Below, piece by piece: positions 30,366 to 38,644 of a stretch of 64,000 bases of DNA (position 1 is the stretch's first letter; every line of letters begins with the position of its first letter). The notes below the pieces were generated by a model that ran no database searches, was not told the origin of the DNA, and worked only from the letters and a program-made list of their open reading frames with translations. The position numbers were made by a program, and so were the translations under genes. The stretch spans positions 1,080-65,079 of the forward strand of contig DAZV01000014.1 of NCBI GenBank assembly GCA_002083825.1, read 5' to 3'. This DNA is from Candidatus Sericytochromatia bacterium S15B-MN24 CBMW_12 (lineage in GTDB: Bacteria > Cyanobacteriota > Sericytochromatia > S15B-MN24 > UBA4093).

Positions 30366-32291
30366 TCAGTCCCAGAGGTAGGTATAGCCGCTCAGGCTCC
30401 GCTCGTAATGGTGGAGCAGCAGACGCGATTCCTCGATGGTGATCCGGCGCTCCCTCAGGGCCTTCTCGGTTTCGCGACGGATGCTCTCGACCAGGCCTTC
30501 CGGACGGTACTGGACGTACCGCAGGGCCTCGGCGATGGAATCCCCTCTCACCACGTGCTCGAGGTGGTAGCCCTCGGGCTCGTCGGTGAGATGAACGTGG
30601 ACGGCATTGGTGTCCCCGAAGAGGTTATGAAGATCGCCCAGGATCTCTTGGTAGGCCCCGATGAGGAAGAGGCCGAGATAGTACGGTTCGCCCGGCGTGA
30701 AGGGGTGGAGCTCCAGCGCATGCTTGACGTCTCGGATGTCGATGAACTGGTCGATCTTCCCGTCGCTGTCGCAGGTGAGGTCGGCCAGGGTGCCGCGGCG
30801 GGTCGGCTCCTCGTCCAGGCGATGAATCGGGAGGACCGGGAAGAGCTGATCGATGGCCCACGAGTCGGGGGCCGACTGGAAGACCGAGAAGTTGCAGTAG
30901 TAGATGGAAGCCAGGGTCTGCTCGAGCTCGGATAGTTCCTCGGGCACGAAGTCCTGCTGACGTCCGAGTTCCAGGATGCGCTGGCAGCACTTCCAGTAGA
31001 GCTTCTCGGCCCAGGCGCGCTCCTCGAGCGTCAGGTAGCCGAGCTGGAAGAGACTGAGGGCCTCGTCCTTGAACTGGACGGCATCATGGTAGGCGGACTG
31101 GAGATGGCGGGGATCGATCGACTCCCAGGTTTCGTGAAGGTTGCGGATAACCTGGTGGGCGGCGTCGGTGGGGGTGACGACATCCCCGATGCTGACCTCG
31201 TGGGCGCCCAGGACATCGAAGACCAGAACGGCCTGATGAGAGACGATGGCCCGGCCGGATTCGCTGACGAGAGTCGGAACCTTCAGCCCGTGCTGGGTGC
31301 AGGCCTCCTGGACGGCCATGACCACGTCGTAGGCGTACTCTTGCATGTTGTAGTTCTTGGAGGCGGGGAAATCGGTCTTGGAGCCGTCGTAGTCGATGCC
31401 GAGACCGCCGCCCACGTCCAGGTAGCGCATGTTCGCGCCGAGCTTGGCGAGTTCGACGTAGATCTGGCTGGCCTCGCGCATGGCGTTCTTGAAGACGCTG
31501 ATGTTGGAAATCTGGGAGCCCACGTGGAAGTGCAGCAGTTGGAGGGATTCCAGGAGGTTCTCGGCGCGCAGGCGCTCGACCACCTCGATGATCTCGGCGG
31601 CGGAGAGTCCGAACTTGGCGCGTTCACCGGTGGAGGTGCCCCAGCGGCCTACGCCCCGGGAGAGAAGCTTGGCCCGGACGCCGACGAGTGGCTTGATACC
31701 GAGCTTGCGGGAGGCCTCGAGGATCAAGGAGAGCTCGCTGAGCTGCTCGATGACGACGATCGGGGTCTGGCCAAGCCGTTGGGCCAAAAGGGCCGTCTCG
31801 ATGTACTCTCGATCCTTGTAGCCGTTGCAGATGACCAGGGATCCGGGGGTCTTGAGGGTCGCGAGCACGATCATCAGCTCGGGCTTGGAGCCGGCTTCCA
31901 GGCCGTACTGGTACTTCTCTCCGTACCTGACGACTTCCTCGATCACGTAGCGCTGCTGGTTGACCTTGACCGGGAAGACCCCCCGGTACACGCCGTCGTA
32001 ACCGTACTCCTCGATGGCGCGCATGAAGCACTGATTGAGGCGGTCGATGCGATCCTCGAGGATGTTGGAGAATCGGATGAGGAGCGGCAGGCTGAGCCCT
32101 CGCTGCTGGAGCGCTTTCACCAGGCGGAAAAGGTCGATCGCCCCGCCCCGCGTGCCAAGCGGAGTCACCTCGATGTTGCCCTGGTCGTTGACGGCGAAGT
32201 AAGGCTCGCCCCATCCCTGGAGATGGTAGAGCTCCATGCTGTCGTCGATCGTCCAAGGTTGCGCCAAGGCCGCGCTCGCCGTTTCTTCCAT
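30366..32291 (-). CDS. speA: Biosynthetic arginine decarboxylase
   Basis: FPVKVNQQ, GLEAGSKPEL, HFHVGSQI, DVGGGLG.DYDG, ESGRA, DLTCDSDG, HNLFGD. Confidence 0.95.
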   Translation of the reverse strand: MEETASAALAQPWTIDDSMELYHLQGWGEPYFAVNDQGNIEVTPLGTRGGAIDLFRLVKALQQRGLSLPLLIRFSNILEDRIDRLNQCFMRAIEEYGYDGVYRGVFPVKVNQQRYVIEEVVRYGEKYQYGLEAGSKPELMIVLATLKTPGSLVICNGYKDREYIETALLAQRLGQTPIVVIEQLSELSLILEASRKLGIKPLVGVRAKLLSRGVGRWGTSTGERAKFGLSAAEIIEVVERLRAENLLESLQLLHFHVGSQISNISVFKNAMREASQIYVELAKLGANMRYLDVGGGLGIDYDGSKTDFPASKNYNMQEYAYDVVMAVQEACTQHGLKVPTLVSESGRAIVSHQAVLVFDVLGAHEVSIGDVVTPTDAAHQVIRNLHETWESIDPRHLQSAYHDAVQFKDEALSLFQLGYLTLEERAWAEKLYWKCCQRILELGRQQDFVPEELSELEQTLASIYYCNFSVFQSAPDSWAIDQLFPVLPIHRLDEEPTRRGTLADLTCDSDGKIDQFIDIRDVKHALELHPFTPGEPYYLGLFLIGAYQEILGDLHNLFGDTNAVHVHLTDEPEGYHLEHVVRGDSIAEALRYVQYRPEGLVESIRRETEKALRERRITIEESRLLLHHYERSLSGYTYLWD

Positions 32292-32389
32292 CCCGTCTCT
32301 CCCTCTCGACTCCTGAGTGTCTTCCCATGTTCGCCGATCAGTTTACCGCGTTCCGCGTCGTTGGGGGAATGCGGGGGATCGGATCGACG

Positions 32390-32422
32390 AAAAAACGACC
32401 GGCGGTCCCAGGACCGCCGGTC
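32390..32422 (-). terminator. Intrinsic terminator of the tRNA-Ala operon
   Basis: 12-bp inverted repeat GACCGGCGGTCC/GGACCGCCGGTC followed by a T6 tract on the minus strand. Confidence 0.85.
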
Positions 32423-32425
32423 TAG

Positions 32426-32498
32426 TGGAGACAAGGGGAATCGAACCCCTGACCTCTTCAATGCCATTGAAGCGCTCTACCAACTGAGCTATGTCCCC
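32426..32498 (-). tRNA. tRNA-Ala(GGC), CCA not encoded
   Basis: GGGGACATAGCTCAGTTGGTAGAGCGCTTCAATGGCATTGAAGAGGTCAGGGGTTCGATTCCCCTTGTCTCCA; G3:U70 pair. Confidence 0.95.
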
Positions 32499-32517
32499 AG
32501 GTACTTTTCCGAAACAG

Positions 32518-32590
32518 TGGAGCTGAGGAGAATCGAACTCCTGACCTCTTCAATGCCATTGAAGCGCTCTACCAACTGAGCTACAGCCCC
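32518..32590 (-). tRNA. tRNA-Ala(GGC), CCA not encoded
   Basis: GGGGCTGTAGCTCAGTTGGTAGAGCGCTTCAATGGCATTGAAGAGGTCAGGAGTTCGATTCTCCTCAGCTCCA; G3:U70 pair. Confidence 0.95.
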
Positions 32591-32609
32591 TCGCGCAAAC
32601 GCAGTTCCA

Positions 32610-32638
32610 ATGTTATCCCAGCCTTTAACCCTTGTCAA
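32610..32638 (-). promoter_or_regulatory. sigma70 promoter of the tRNA pair
   Basis: TTGACA-17 nt-TAACAT, 20 nt upstream of the first tRNA. Confidence 0.85.
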
Positions 32639-32908
32639 CTATCTGTGATCAATAATTAGCCGCATGTTCCCTCGTGAGGCCGGCCAAGGAGACCCGACGA
32701 GGGCCGTCGGCAAGGGGGATGGACCCTTGGAATGGCTTAGCGGTGACATCGTCATCCCATCTATCCTGTGGTATACGTAGACATGGATACTTTCTCCTCA
32801 ACGGTTTCAGGGGGACCGACACTGGCGGCCTGAGCGGCTTTTCTCGCCCGCCCGAGTCGCATGACGGTCCGCCTGAGCCAGGCCCAATTGACGAGCAGGC
32901 GAGGTCGC

Positions 32909-34534
32909 ATGTTCCCAACCACCCCGGATCCCCCCCCCTCGGTCGCCTCGATGAGCGCAATTCGCCTCATCGGGCTGCTTCATGGCCTTTTCGCCAAGCT
33001 GGGCCAACGCGGTGACCTCGAAGGGGCCCTCTCCGAGGTCCTCGGCGAACTCGGAGAGTTCCTCGGAGCCGACGGCGGATTCCTGCTCTCCGCCTCCGAC
33101 CTCTCCAATTTGCGCCTCCTCGCGGAGTCCGGTGCCTCCTTCCACGAAGACACCATGGACAAAGAGCAGCTTCACGAGTTCTACAACGAGATCTTTCGGG
33201 AACAACGCCCGACCATCATTCGAACCATGCGAGCCGAGGCCACCAGCATGGTCGGCGTCCCCTTGGTCATCGACGGGCGCCTCATCGGCGGCATGTGCTT
33301 CTTCCGCGCCGAGCCCAAGAGCCCCTTCGCCTACGAGGATATCCCGCTACTAGGAATCGTCGCCCTGCCCTTGGCCATCCACCTCGAGAACCTCGAGTTC
33401 GCACGCTCCAACGCGGCCCGGCGAGCGGAGCTAGAGGCGATCGTCGCCAGCATGGTGGACGGCCTGCTGCAAGTCGACTCCTGGGGGCTCATCGTCAGCT
33501 TCAACGAGGCCGTCCGAAACCTCTTCGGACTCCCCGACGCCGAGTTCTACACCCTTTACTGGGACGATCTCGTCCGCACCGGAGATCGCCACGTCGAGAT
33601 CTTCGCCGACTTCAACCGTGCCCTGCGCGAAGGTCAACCCTTCGCCGCCCGCTGCCCCGCCACCATCCAGCAAGGCGATCGCGAGATCCCCGTCTCCATC
33701 AACTTCAACACCATCGTCGAAGCCTCCGGCCGCATCACCGGTGGCGTCCTCTCCGTCCGAGACGTCACCATCGAAGCCCAGATCGACCGCATGAAGGACG
33801 AGTTCATCGCCACCGTTAGCCACGAACTCAAAACCCCCATCACCACCATCTCCGGCTTCCTCGAGATGATGATCACCCGCCCCATGAATCGCGTCGAACA
33901 ACTGCCCTTGCTCGAACTCATCCACTCCGAGACCGGGCGACTCGGACGCCTCATCAACGACATGCTCGACCTCAGCAAGATCCAGTCCAATCGCCTCAGC
34001 CTGGACCTCAAGCGTGTCCGCATGGACGGCCTCATCAAGTCCTGTCTCAAGCCCTTCGAGATGCGCCACAAGAGTACCCATCGCTTCGAACTCAAGGTCG
34101 AGCCCAACCGCGCCATGATTCACGCCGACCCCGACCGGATCTCCCAGGTCCTCGTCAACTTCATTTCCAACGCGGTCAAGTACTCCCCCGACGGGGGAAC
34201 CATCTCGCTCGCGGCCCAGCGGCTCGACGATTCCTGGCGGGTCGAGGTGCATGATCTCGGCATCGGCATCCCTGACGATGCCCTCCCCCATGTCTTCGAC
34301 CGCTTCTATCGCGTCAATGAAAATCAAACCGCCGGTTCCGGACTGGGACTCTATATCAGCAAGGAAATCATCGAGCGACATGGTGGACAAATCGGCGCCC
34401 ATAGCGTGGTGGGCCAGGGCTCCACGTTCTGGTTCTCCCTGCCCCTTCAAACGAAGGACGACAAGGCTGCCAAGCCGACAAAACAAGGCAGCAAGTCCTT
34501 GCGCAACCATGCCATAGCCAGGGCCGAGCTTTAA
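32909..34534 (+). CDS. Cytoplasmic sensor histidine kinase (GAF-PAS-HisKA-HATPase)
   Basis: H-box SHELKTPIT, N-box NFISNAVKYS, D.GIGI, FDRFYRV, GSGLGL; start uncertain (32861/32909/32951). Confidence 0.9.
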   Translation: MFPTTPDPPPSVASMSAIRLIGLLHGLFAKLGQRGDLEGALSEVLGELGEFLGADGGFLLSASDLSNLRLLAESGASFHEDTMDKEQLHEFYNEIFREQRPTIIRTMRAEATSMVGVPLVIDGRLIGGMCFFRAEPKSPFAYEDIPLLGIVALPLAIHLENLEFARSNAARRAELEAIVASMVDGLLQVDSWGLIVSFNEAVRNLFGLPDAEFYTLYWDDLVRTGDRHVEIFADFNRALREGQPFAARCPATIQQGDREIPVSINFNTIVEASGRITGGVLSVRDVTIEAQIDRMKDEFIATVSHELKTPITTISGFLEMMITRPMNRVEQLPLLELIHSETGRLGRLINDMLDLSKIQSNRLSLDLKRVRMDGLIKSCLKPFEMRHKSTHRFELKVEPNRAMIHADPDRISQVLVNFISNAVKYSPDGGTISLAAQRLDDSWRVEVHDLGIGIPDDALPHVFDRFYRVNENQTAGSGLGLYISKEIIERHGGQIGAHSVVGQGSTFWFSLPLQTKDDKAAKPTKQGSKSLRNHAIARAEL

Positions 34535-34539
34535 GCACC

Positions 34540-35457
34540 TTGCTCGCCCTCGTTCCCGTCTTCGTCTATATCCTCGGCTTCACGGCCCTGGGATTCCTGG
34601 CTCGGGGCTTCGGGTGGTTGACCCCGATCCGGGTGCGCCGACTCAGCTGGACCGCCCTGAACGTGACCCTTCCCGCCCTCACGATCGCGAGCATTCACGG
34701 CTCTCCGCCGCTGAAGGCAGGGCTGCTCTGGCTTCCCGTCGCCAGTTGGCTCACCTTGCTGGCAAGTTGTATCATCGGCTACTTCGTGCTGCTCAAGGCG
34801 TTAAAGTTGTCCCCGCGCTTGGCGGGCTCGCTCTTCCTTCCCGCCGTTCTGGGAAACGTCACCTTCGTGGGGTACCCCGCGTTGAGCGCGCTCCTGGGGA
34901 ATCCGGGGCTCCTGCGAGGCATCTTCTTCGACCAACTGGCCAACGGGATCTTCCTGGCGACTGCCGGCGTGGCCATCGCGAAGTGGGCCGGCGAAGGCAG
35001 CCGAACGCCGCCCCGAGCCCTCATCAAAGGAGTGCTCGCATTTCCACCGCTGTGGGGGCTTCTCATCGGTTTTTCGACCAAAGGCGTCCCGCTCGACCCC
35101 CTCTTCACGGTCCTCGGCTGGATCGGATCGACCACGACGCCCCTCTTCCTGCTGGGGCTAGGAGCCACGCTCACCCTCGTGGGATGGCGAGAGAGCCTGC
35201 TTGGCGCTCTCGCGGTCAGCGCCTTCAAGCTCTTGGCGCTGCCGATCCTGGGTTATGCGCTTTACCGACTCCTGCCGCTGCCCCGGATTGACCTCCAGGT
35301 GGCGGTCCTACAGACCGCCATGCCGAGCGCGCTCGCATGCGTGAGCTTGGCGAGCGCCTATCACCTCGACGAGAAACTGGTGGTCAACGCCGTCGCACTC
35401 AGCCTACTGCTCAGCATCCTGGCCCTCCCCCTATGGGCATGGCTACTGGGCCTGTGA
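34540..35457 (+). CDS. AEC (auxin efflux carrier) family transporter
   Basis: About 10 TM segments; GNVTFVGYP, AMPSA motifs. Confidence 0.8.
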   Translation: MLALVPVFVYILGFTALGFLARGFGWLTPIRVRRLSWTALNVTLPALTIASIHGSPPLKAGLLWLPVASWLTLLASCIIGYFVLLKALKLSPRLAGSLFLPAVLGNVTFVGYPALSALLGNPGLLRGIFFDQLANGIFLATAGVAIAKWAGEGSRTPPRALIKGVLAFPPLWGLLIGFSTKGVPLDPLFTVLGWIGSTTTPLFLLGLGATLTLVGWRESLLGALAVSAFKLLALPILGYALYRLLPLPRIDLQVAVLQTAMPSALACVSLASAYHLDEKLVVNAVALSLLLSILALPLWAWLLGL

Positions 35458-35505
35458 TGTATTGCTCGGTTGAACGCCGCATGAGGGGCTGATGTCAGGC
35501 CCGGG

Positions 35506-36120
35506 TCAAAGCCATCCCATCCGTTCGCAGGCCAGGGCGGCCTGAACTCGGTTGGAAACCTTCAACTTGCCGTAGATTCGCGCCAGGTGGTTCTTTACCG
35601 TGTTCTCGCTGATGCAGAGACGCGAACCGACTTCCCGGTTCTCGAGACCTTCGGCCACCAAGGCGATGATCTGCCGCTCGCGGTCGCTCAGCGCGACGGT
35701 ACTCGCCGTCTCGGCGCGCATCACCGAGCGGTACTTGTGAAGGAGCGCTCTTTCGATGGCAAGGTTGAGCTGGCCGAGATTGTCCAGCGGTTTGAGCAGG
35801 AAGTCGAAGGCGCGCCCCTCGCGGAGCGCCTCGATCGTATCCTCCATTCTCGCTTCTCCCGAGAGGAAGAGCACCTCGACGGTCGGCAAGAGTTCCTTGA
35901 GGATGTCCAGGAGGTTGAGGCCGCTCAGGCCGGGCATCTTGAGGTCCGTGACCACCACGTCGACCGGCTGCTGCTTGGCGATCGCCAGCGCCGCCCTACC
36001 GTCGGCAGCCGTGAGGACCTGGTATCCAGTCGCCGAGAGCCAGCTCTCCAGCATGTCGCGGGTGTCGCGATCGTCATCGGCCACCAACACGACGGGAGGT
36101 TTCGTTTTTGGCTGCTGCAT
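35506..36120 (-). CDS. Response regulator, REC + LuxR-type HTH
   Basis: VADDD, TDLKMPG, LKP; LSDRERQI...ISENTVKNHL..IYGKL; GGAG Shine-Dalgarno before ATG 36120. Confidence 0.9.
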   Translation of the reverse strand: MQQPKTKPPVVLVADDDRDTRDMLESWLSATGYQVLTAADGRAALAIAKQQPVDVVVTDLKMPGLSGLNLLDILKELLPTVEVLFLSGEARMEDTIEALREGRAFDFLLKPLDNLGQLNLAIERALLHKYRSVMRAETASTVALSDRERQIIALVAEGLENREVGSRLCISENTVKNHLARIYGKLKVSNRVQAALACERMGWL

Positions 36121-36521
36121 CACCTCTCCCTTGCTCGCGATCCGCTCGCGCGCTGAACGCCCGTGGGTATTCATGCGCAGTATAGATTGTCGAACTCCGA
36201 GTGCCAAGCGCAGTTCCTACGGATCGGGAGAAATCCCGAGCCAGGTCCGGAAACCCCGCCATCCATCACGCCTTCGGGGAGATTTCAATAGTCCGGGGGA
36301 ACTACGGAGTTGGTCCGCTCGGCCTCTGGCTTGCCTGCTTGCGTCCCCGCATAATCGGATGGGAACGCGCCGCTTCGATTCAGCTTTTTGATCGGCGCGT
36401 GGCCTCCGGGCAACGATCTTCGGGCGATCCGCCGAGATGGCGCGGATGCTGAGAATCACGCGATGATTGCCCCCCGAAACGCCCATGCAGCAACTGAAAT
36501 TGCATAAGAGGAGGAAGCTCG

Positions 36522-38552
36522 ATGAGACTTACCATCGGCACGAAATTGATCTGCGGTTTCCTGGCGCTCGCCCTGGTGACCCTGATCGGCGGAATATTCT
36601 CGGTGCGGCAACTTCATCAGCTCAACGCCACCAGCCGGGAACTCACCGACCACTGGCTCATGGCGACGACTCTCCTGGGCAACGCCAATGTCGCCGCCAG
36701 CGACTTGCAGCGCCTCGCGCTCCGCCACGCTTACATCTCCAACACCCAAGCGGCCATCGCTGCCGTCGACCAGAGCATGAACGGCTTCCGCGACACGATG
36801 CTCGACAACTTGAACCGCTACGACGGCCTCATCACCTCCCCCGAGGAAAAGGGCCTCGTCGAGACCCTCATGCGAGCCAACGGATCCTACCTGTCGAGCC
36901 TCGAAACGACCCTCACGCTGAGTCGCGCCGGCCGCAAGGCCGAGGCCACGACCATGGTCGAAGGAGTCACCTTTCCGCACTTCTTGAAACTCAAGGAGCA
37001 GTTCGATGCGCTCACCGCCTACAACACGAAAAACGCCGAACAAGCGACCAAGCGCTCGGGGGATATCTACGCGCTGTCCCTGACGCTCATCGTTCTCTCG
37101 ATCTTGTCGGCTATCGGCGTGGCGATCGCCATCGGCGCCTACCTCACCACCACCATCACCCGCAGCCTGAAGATCGTTTCGGTAGCCGCCGATCAGCTTG
37201 CCCAGGGCAACCTCGATCAGCACGTCGAAATTCGAAGCGATGACGAGCTGGGGGACATGGCCCGGAGCTTCGAGCTGATGATCACCAACCTCCGCGGCAT
37301 CATCGGCCAGGTTCGCGGGGTGGCCGGCACGGTCGCCTCGGGAGCCGGCGAGATCAGCGCGACCACCGCACAGATGGCCCGCGCGGCGAATACCCAGGCC
37401 GCCGCGGTCGAGGAGACCTCGTCGGCCATGGAGGAAATGGCCGCCTCGTCCCAGCAGACGGCCGGCCTTGCCCAGTCGATGGCTGCCGGGGTCGAGGAGA
37501 CCTCGTCGAGCATCGAGGAGATGGCGGCGAGTATCCAGCAGGTCGCCGGGAACGCGGATACCCTTTCGGCCGCGGTGGGTCAGACGTCGGCATCCATGGA
37601 GGAAATGGCCGCCTCCGTCCTACAAGTCTCGCAGAACGTCGGCGAAGCCAACAGAGTCGCCGATCACGCGGCCCAAGTGGCGCAGGACGGCCATGCCGCC
37701 GTAGAGCAAACGATCGAGGGCATGTCGCACATCAACCGCGTGATGAGTGACGTGGTCAAGGTGATCGAGGCGCTTGGAAAGAGCTCGGAGGAAATCGGCG
37801 CCATCATCGCGGTGATCGACGACATCGCGGACCAGACCAACCTCCTCGCGCTCAACGCGGCGATCGAGGCGGCCCGGGCGGGCGAGCATGGGAGGGGCTT
37901 CGCGGTGGTCGCCGACGAGGTTCGCAAGCTGGCCGAGCGCTCAGCCTCGGCCACCGGTGAAATCGCGCAGCTCATCAAGGGGATTCAGAAGGAGTCCGGA
38001 GATGCGATCGCCAGCACTCAGAAAGGCGAAATCGCCATCCGGGAGGGCACCCTCCTCGCCACGAGCGCCGGAGAGACCCTGACCCAGATCGTGAGCGCCG
38101 TCTCGCAAGTCAGTCTCCTCATGGGCCAGATCTCGCTCGCCACCGACGAGCAGGGCCGGGCGGCCGCTCAGATCACCGATGCCGTGGGCTCCATGAACCG
38201 TCTGACCCAGCAGGTCAGCACTGCCACTCGAGAGCAGGCCATGGGCTCGGAGCAGATCATTCGGACGGTCGAATCCATGAGCCTCATGACCCAGCAGGTG
38301 AACACGGCCGCCTGGGAGCAGAAGAAGGGCGGGGACCAGGTCGTCTTGGCGGTCGAGAGCATCAACCGGGCAGCTCACGAATCGACGGTTGCCACGGGAT
38401 CGGTCGCCAGCGCGTCAGTGGATCTTCAAAACCAGGCGCAGCAACTGATGGAGGCGATCGCCTTCTTCAAGGACGGCAGCACCGAGCCCAGGGCGGAGCT
38501 TCATTCCCGCATCCAGCCGCTCCCTGCCAACCGACTGCTGACGGCTCGTTGA
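36522..38552 (+). CDS. Methyl-accepting chemotaxis protein (4-helix sensor, HAMP, long signalling domain)
   Basis: Two TM segments, [52 protein letters not shown]. Confidence 0.95.
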   Translation: MRLTIGTKLICGFLALALVTLIGGIFSVRQLHQLNATSRELTDHWLMATTLLGNANVAASDLQRLALRHAYISNTQAAIAAVDQSMNGFRDTMLDNLNRYDGLITSPEEKGLVETLMRANGSYLSSLETTLTLSRAGRKAEATTMVEGVTFPHFLKLKEQFDALTAYNTKNAEQATKRSGDIYALSLTLIVLSILSAIGVAIAIGAYLTTTITRSLKIVSVAADQLAQGNLDQHVEIRSDDELGDMARSFELMITNLRGIIGQVRGVAGTVASGAGEISATTAQMARAANTQAAAVEETSSAMEEMAASSQQTAGLAQSMAAGVEETSSSIEEMAASIQQVAGNADTLSAAVGQTSASMEEMAASVLQVSQNVGEANRVADHAAQVAQDGHAAVEQTIEGMSHINRVMSDVVKVIEALGKSSEEIGAIIAVIDDIADQTNLLALNAAIEAARAGEHGRGFAVVADEVRKLAERSASATGEIAQLIKGIQKESGDAIASTQKGEIAIREGTLLATSAGETLTQIVSAVSQVSLLMGQISLATDEQGRAAAQITDAVGSMNRLTQQVSTATREQAMGSEQIIRTVESMSLMTQQVNTAAWEQKKGGDQVVLAVESINRAAHESTVATGSVASASVDLQNQAQQLMEAIAFFKDGSTEPRAELHSRIQPLPANRLLTAR

Positions 38553-38573
38553 GTTCCTGAAGCAAGTAGCGCC

Positions 38574-38621
38574 ACTATAAGCACGAGGCCGGGAGCATGC
38601 TCCCGGCCTCGTGCTTATAGT
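38574..38621. terminator. Perfect 48-bp palindrome, likely a bidirectional terminator between the MCP gene and valS
   Basis: ACTATAAGCACGAGGCCGGGAGCA|TGCTCCCGGCCTCGTGCTTATAGT. Confidence 0.7.
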
Positions 38622-38644
38622 TTGGCCCGGTGGGGTCGCTCAGG

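Noticed and set aside
32426-32833. tmRNA, or a prophage attachment site at the tRNA-Ala pair
   Set aside because: Both copies are complete tRNAs with anticodon arms, the LAA-ending ORF is on the opposite strand, and no integrase is nearby
32812-32880. ZTP (pfl) riboswitch resemblance (ACTGGCGG...CCGCCTGAGC)
   Set aside because: The P3 stem does not pair, the P2 consensus is missing, and the downstream gene is not a purine/folate gene
36200-36520. c-di-GMP riboswitch upstream of the MCP gene
   Set aside because: A GAAA hairpin exists, but the GEMM consensus (GGCAAA...GACGCAAAGC) is absent
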